Below are positions 61,580 to 64,000 of a DNA stretch of 64,000 nt, piece by piece. The notes under the pieces were generated by a model. It searched no databases. It saw only the letters and a program-made list of their open reading frames with translations, and was not told the DNA's origin. The stretch spans positions 44,888,001-44,952,000 of the forward strand of contig JAGIQG010000014.1 in assembly GCA_024679065.1 (NCBI GenBank). The letters are read 5' to 3'. The translations under genes were made by a program, and so were the position numbers. Origin of the DNA: Sphyrna mokarran. Lineage: Eukaryota. Every line of letters starts with the position of its first letter. Position 1 is the stretch's first letter.

Positions 61580-64000
61580 TCCATCCAGATCTCTTTGTAC
61601 ATCAAATTTTCCAATCTATCACTATTTAAATAATACTCTGCCATTGATTCCAAGTAGATAACTTCATACTTCTCCATATTATACTGCATTTGCCATGTAT
61701 TTGCCCATTCAGCTTCTTTAAAATAACTTGAAGCCCTTAACGTCCTCCAAATCACTTGTATTCCCATCAAGTTTTGTGTCATCAGTAAACTTGGAAATAT
61801 ATTTGGTTCTCTTGTTGTATATTGTTAATAGCTGGGGCCAATGCACTGATCCCTGTGGGACATGACTAGTTACCATCTGTCAATTCAAAAAGGACCCTTT
61901 TTTTCCCTACTCTCTGTTTCCTGTCTGTTAACCAATTCTCAATTCACACCAATATATTATACCCAATCCCACGTGCTTTAATTTTGCACACTAGAGAAAT
62001 GGTGGCATAGCAGTATTGTCACTAGATAGTACTCCAGAGACCCAGGATAATACATTGGAGTTCTGAGTTCACATTTGACTATGGCAGTTGATGAAATTTG
62101 AATCCAGTACAATTTGTGATTAGAAGTCTAATGATGACCCTGAAACCATTGTTGATCGTTTAAAAAACCCTTTAGGGAAAGAAATCTGCTATCCTATCCT
62201 TACCTGGTTTGGCCTACACATGACTCCAGACCCACTTCAAGGGCAACTAAGTATGGGCAACAAATGCTGGTCCAGCCAGCAATCTCATGAATGAATTAAA
62301 AAAACTAACTTCTTATATGGGACTTTATCAAAAGCTTTCTGAAAATCGAAATATGCTGCATCCTTTGGTTCACCCTTATGAATTATATCCTCAAAAATGA
62401 TTTCTCATTCTTAAATCCACATTAACTTTGCCTAATCCCATTAATATTTTTCAAATGTCCTGTCATCACGTTTTTTATAATAGACTCACATTTTCTCTAC
62501 TACTGATGTTTGCCTAACTAGTCTTCTTCCCTGTTTTCTCCCTCCTTTTTTAAGTAGCAGGGTTACATTGGCTATCTGCCAACTTGCTGAGAATCTTTCC
62601 AGAATCTACAGAAGATGACAAATAATACATCCATGATTTCCATGGCTAAATCTGTTAGTACCCTGGGATATAGATTATCAAGCTTTGATGATTTATTGGC
62701 TTTCTGTTCCATTATTTCTCGAGCACTTTTTTTTAGAATACTGATTTTCTTCAATTCCTCCTTCTCACTAGAGCCTTGGCTCCCTAGAATTTCTGGGAAG
62801 TCATTTGTGTCTTCCTCCCTGAAGACAAAATCAAAGTAATTGTTTAATTGATCTGCCATTTCTTTGTTCACTATTATAAATTCTCCTGTTTCAGAATGTA
62901 AGGGACCTACATTTGTTTTCACTTTTTTTTGTTTTTATATACTTCTAAAGCTTCTACAATCCGCTTTTATGTTACTTGCTCTCTCATTCTATTTCCCCCT
63001 CTTAACCAAGCTCTTGATTCTCCTTTGTTGAATTCTTAACTATTTCCAATCCTCAGGCTTGCTACTTTTTCTAGTAACTTTCTGTGACTCCTCTTTGGAT
63101 TTATGCTATCCTTAATCTCATAAATCCATGTTTACTTTGCTAATTAAATCATTATTTTCCTAGTGTTCAGATATCACTTCCTTTATAATAGATTCTAACA
63201 CTTTCCCTACTATAACGTTAAACTAACAGGTGTATAGCTCCCTGTCTTCTCACTCCCTCCCTTCTTAAAGAATTCAATCACACTTGCTCCTTTTCAGTCT
63301 ACAGTAAGCTTTTGTAGAATTTTGAAAGATGACCATCAATGCATCCATTATATCTATAGACAGTTCCTCCAACAAGCTGGGATTTTGCTCATCAGGTCCA
63401 GGGATTAATGAATATTTGATCCAAACAATGTTTTGAGGATTATCTTTTCATTATTCCTAATTTCCTTCAGCTCCACATTTTCACAAGCCCCTTAGTTCCC
63501 TAGTATTTCTGAGAGATTTTCTGTATTCATACTCTCTCAAGACAGGCACAAAGTAATGGTTTAGCTGCTCTACCATTTCCCTATTCTCAATTATAAATTT
63601 TCCTATCTCCACCTGTAATGGACCACATTTATCCTTGTCAATCTTTTCCTTTTCTCATACCTAAAGAAGCTTTTGAGCCTTTAGGTTATTTGGTAGCTTG
63701 CATTCTTTTTTTCTTTATCAGTTTCTAGATCTTCCTTTGCTTCATTCAAAGTTGTTCCCAACTCTCAGGTTCACCACTTTATCTGACAACTTTGTAAGCC
63801 ACTCTCTTTAATCTCATACAACCTTTAATTTATTTTGTTGGCCACAATTGCTTTATTTTTCCTGTTGGATTTTTGAGTCTCAGAGGAATGTATGTTTGTT
63901 GTGTACCATGTAACACTTCTTTAAATAGTAGCCATTGCCTGTCTGACGTCATGTATTTTATTGTATTTTATCATAGCCAACTTGCCCTTCATACCTTCGT
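61580..64000 (-). mobile_element. Two adjacent decayed CR1 ORF2 segments (junction ~63118)
   Basis: WANTWQMQYNMEKYEVI; catcagtaaactt (reverse of K-F-x-DD); KTNVGPLHSETGEFI...MADQLNNYF. The region 63118-64000 covers the same part of ORF2 again. Confidence 0.85.
61994..62303 (+). mobile_element. tRNA-derived SINE, family 2, inserted in CR1 with ACTA duplication
   Basis: ggtggcatagcagtattgtcactag...ccttacctggtttggcctacacatgactccagacccac...atgaatgaattaaaaaaa; ACTA at 61990-61993 and 62304-62307. Confidence 0.85.

Noticed and set aside
1-64000. CRISPR arrays, operons or prokaryotic defence systems
   Set aside because: No repeat-spacer arrays or dense gene packing; the content is vertebrate transposon debris.

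Overview
Eukaryotic, repeat-rich (roughly half recognisable transposon debris) intergenic or intronic DNA. The repeat families (HE1-type V-SINEs, HER1/CR1-type LINEs, DeuSINE-like SINEs, Penelope-like element, many PIF/Harbinger relics) point to a cartilaginous fish, most likely a shark; this is inferred from recalled family features, not a database search. I found no host protein-coding gene, RNA gene or CRISPR array that I can support. The only long ORF (41273-43015) is the 5'-truncated reverse-transcriptase ORF2 of a young CR1 LINE. A second young CR1 (47996-50058) is broken only by single-base indels in homopolymer runs, probably sequencing or assembly errors. Other notable points: a near-complete convergent two-gene Harbinger (transposase + Myb/SANT), a Penelope-derived minimal hammerhead ribozyme, a head-to-head Gypsy LTR pair, V-SINEs with two alternative LINE-like tails, and several repeat-free, motif-dense stretches that look like conserved enhancers. 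I could not substantiate a novel biological system. Boundaries of old elements are approximate (tens of bp).
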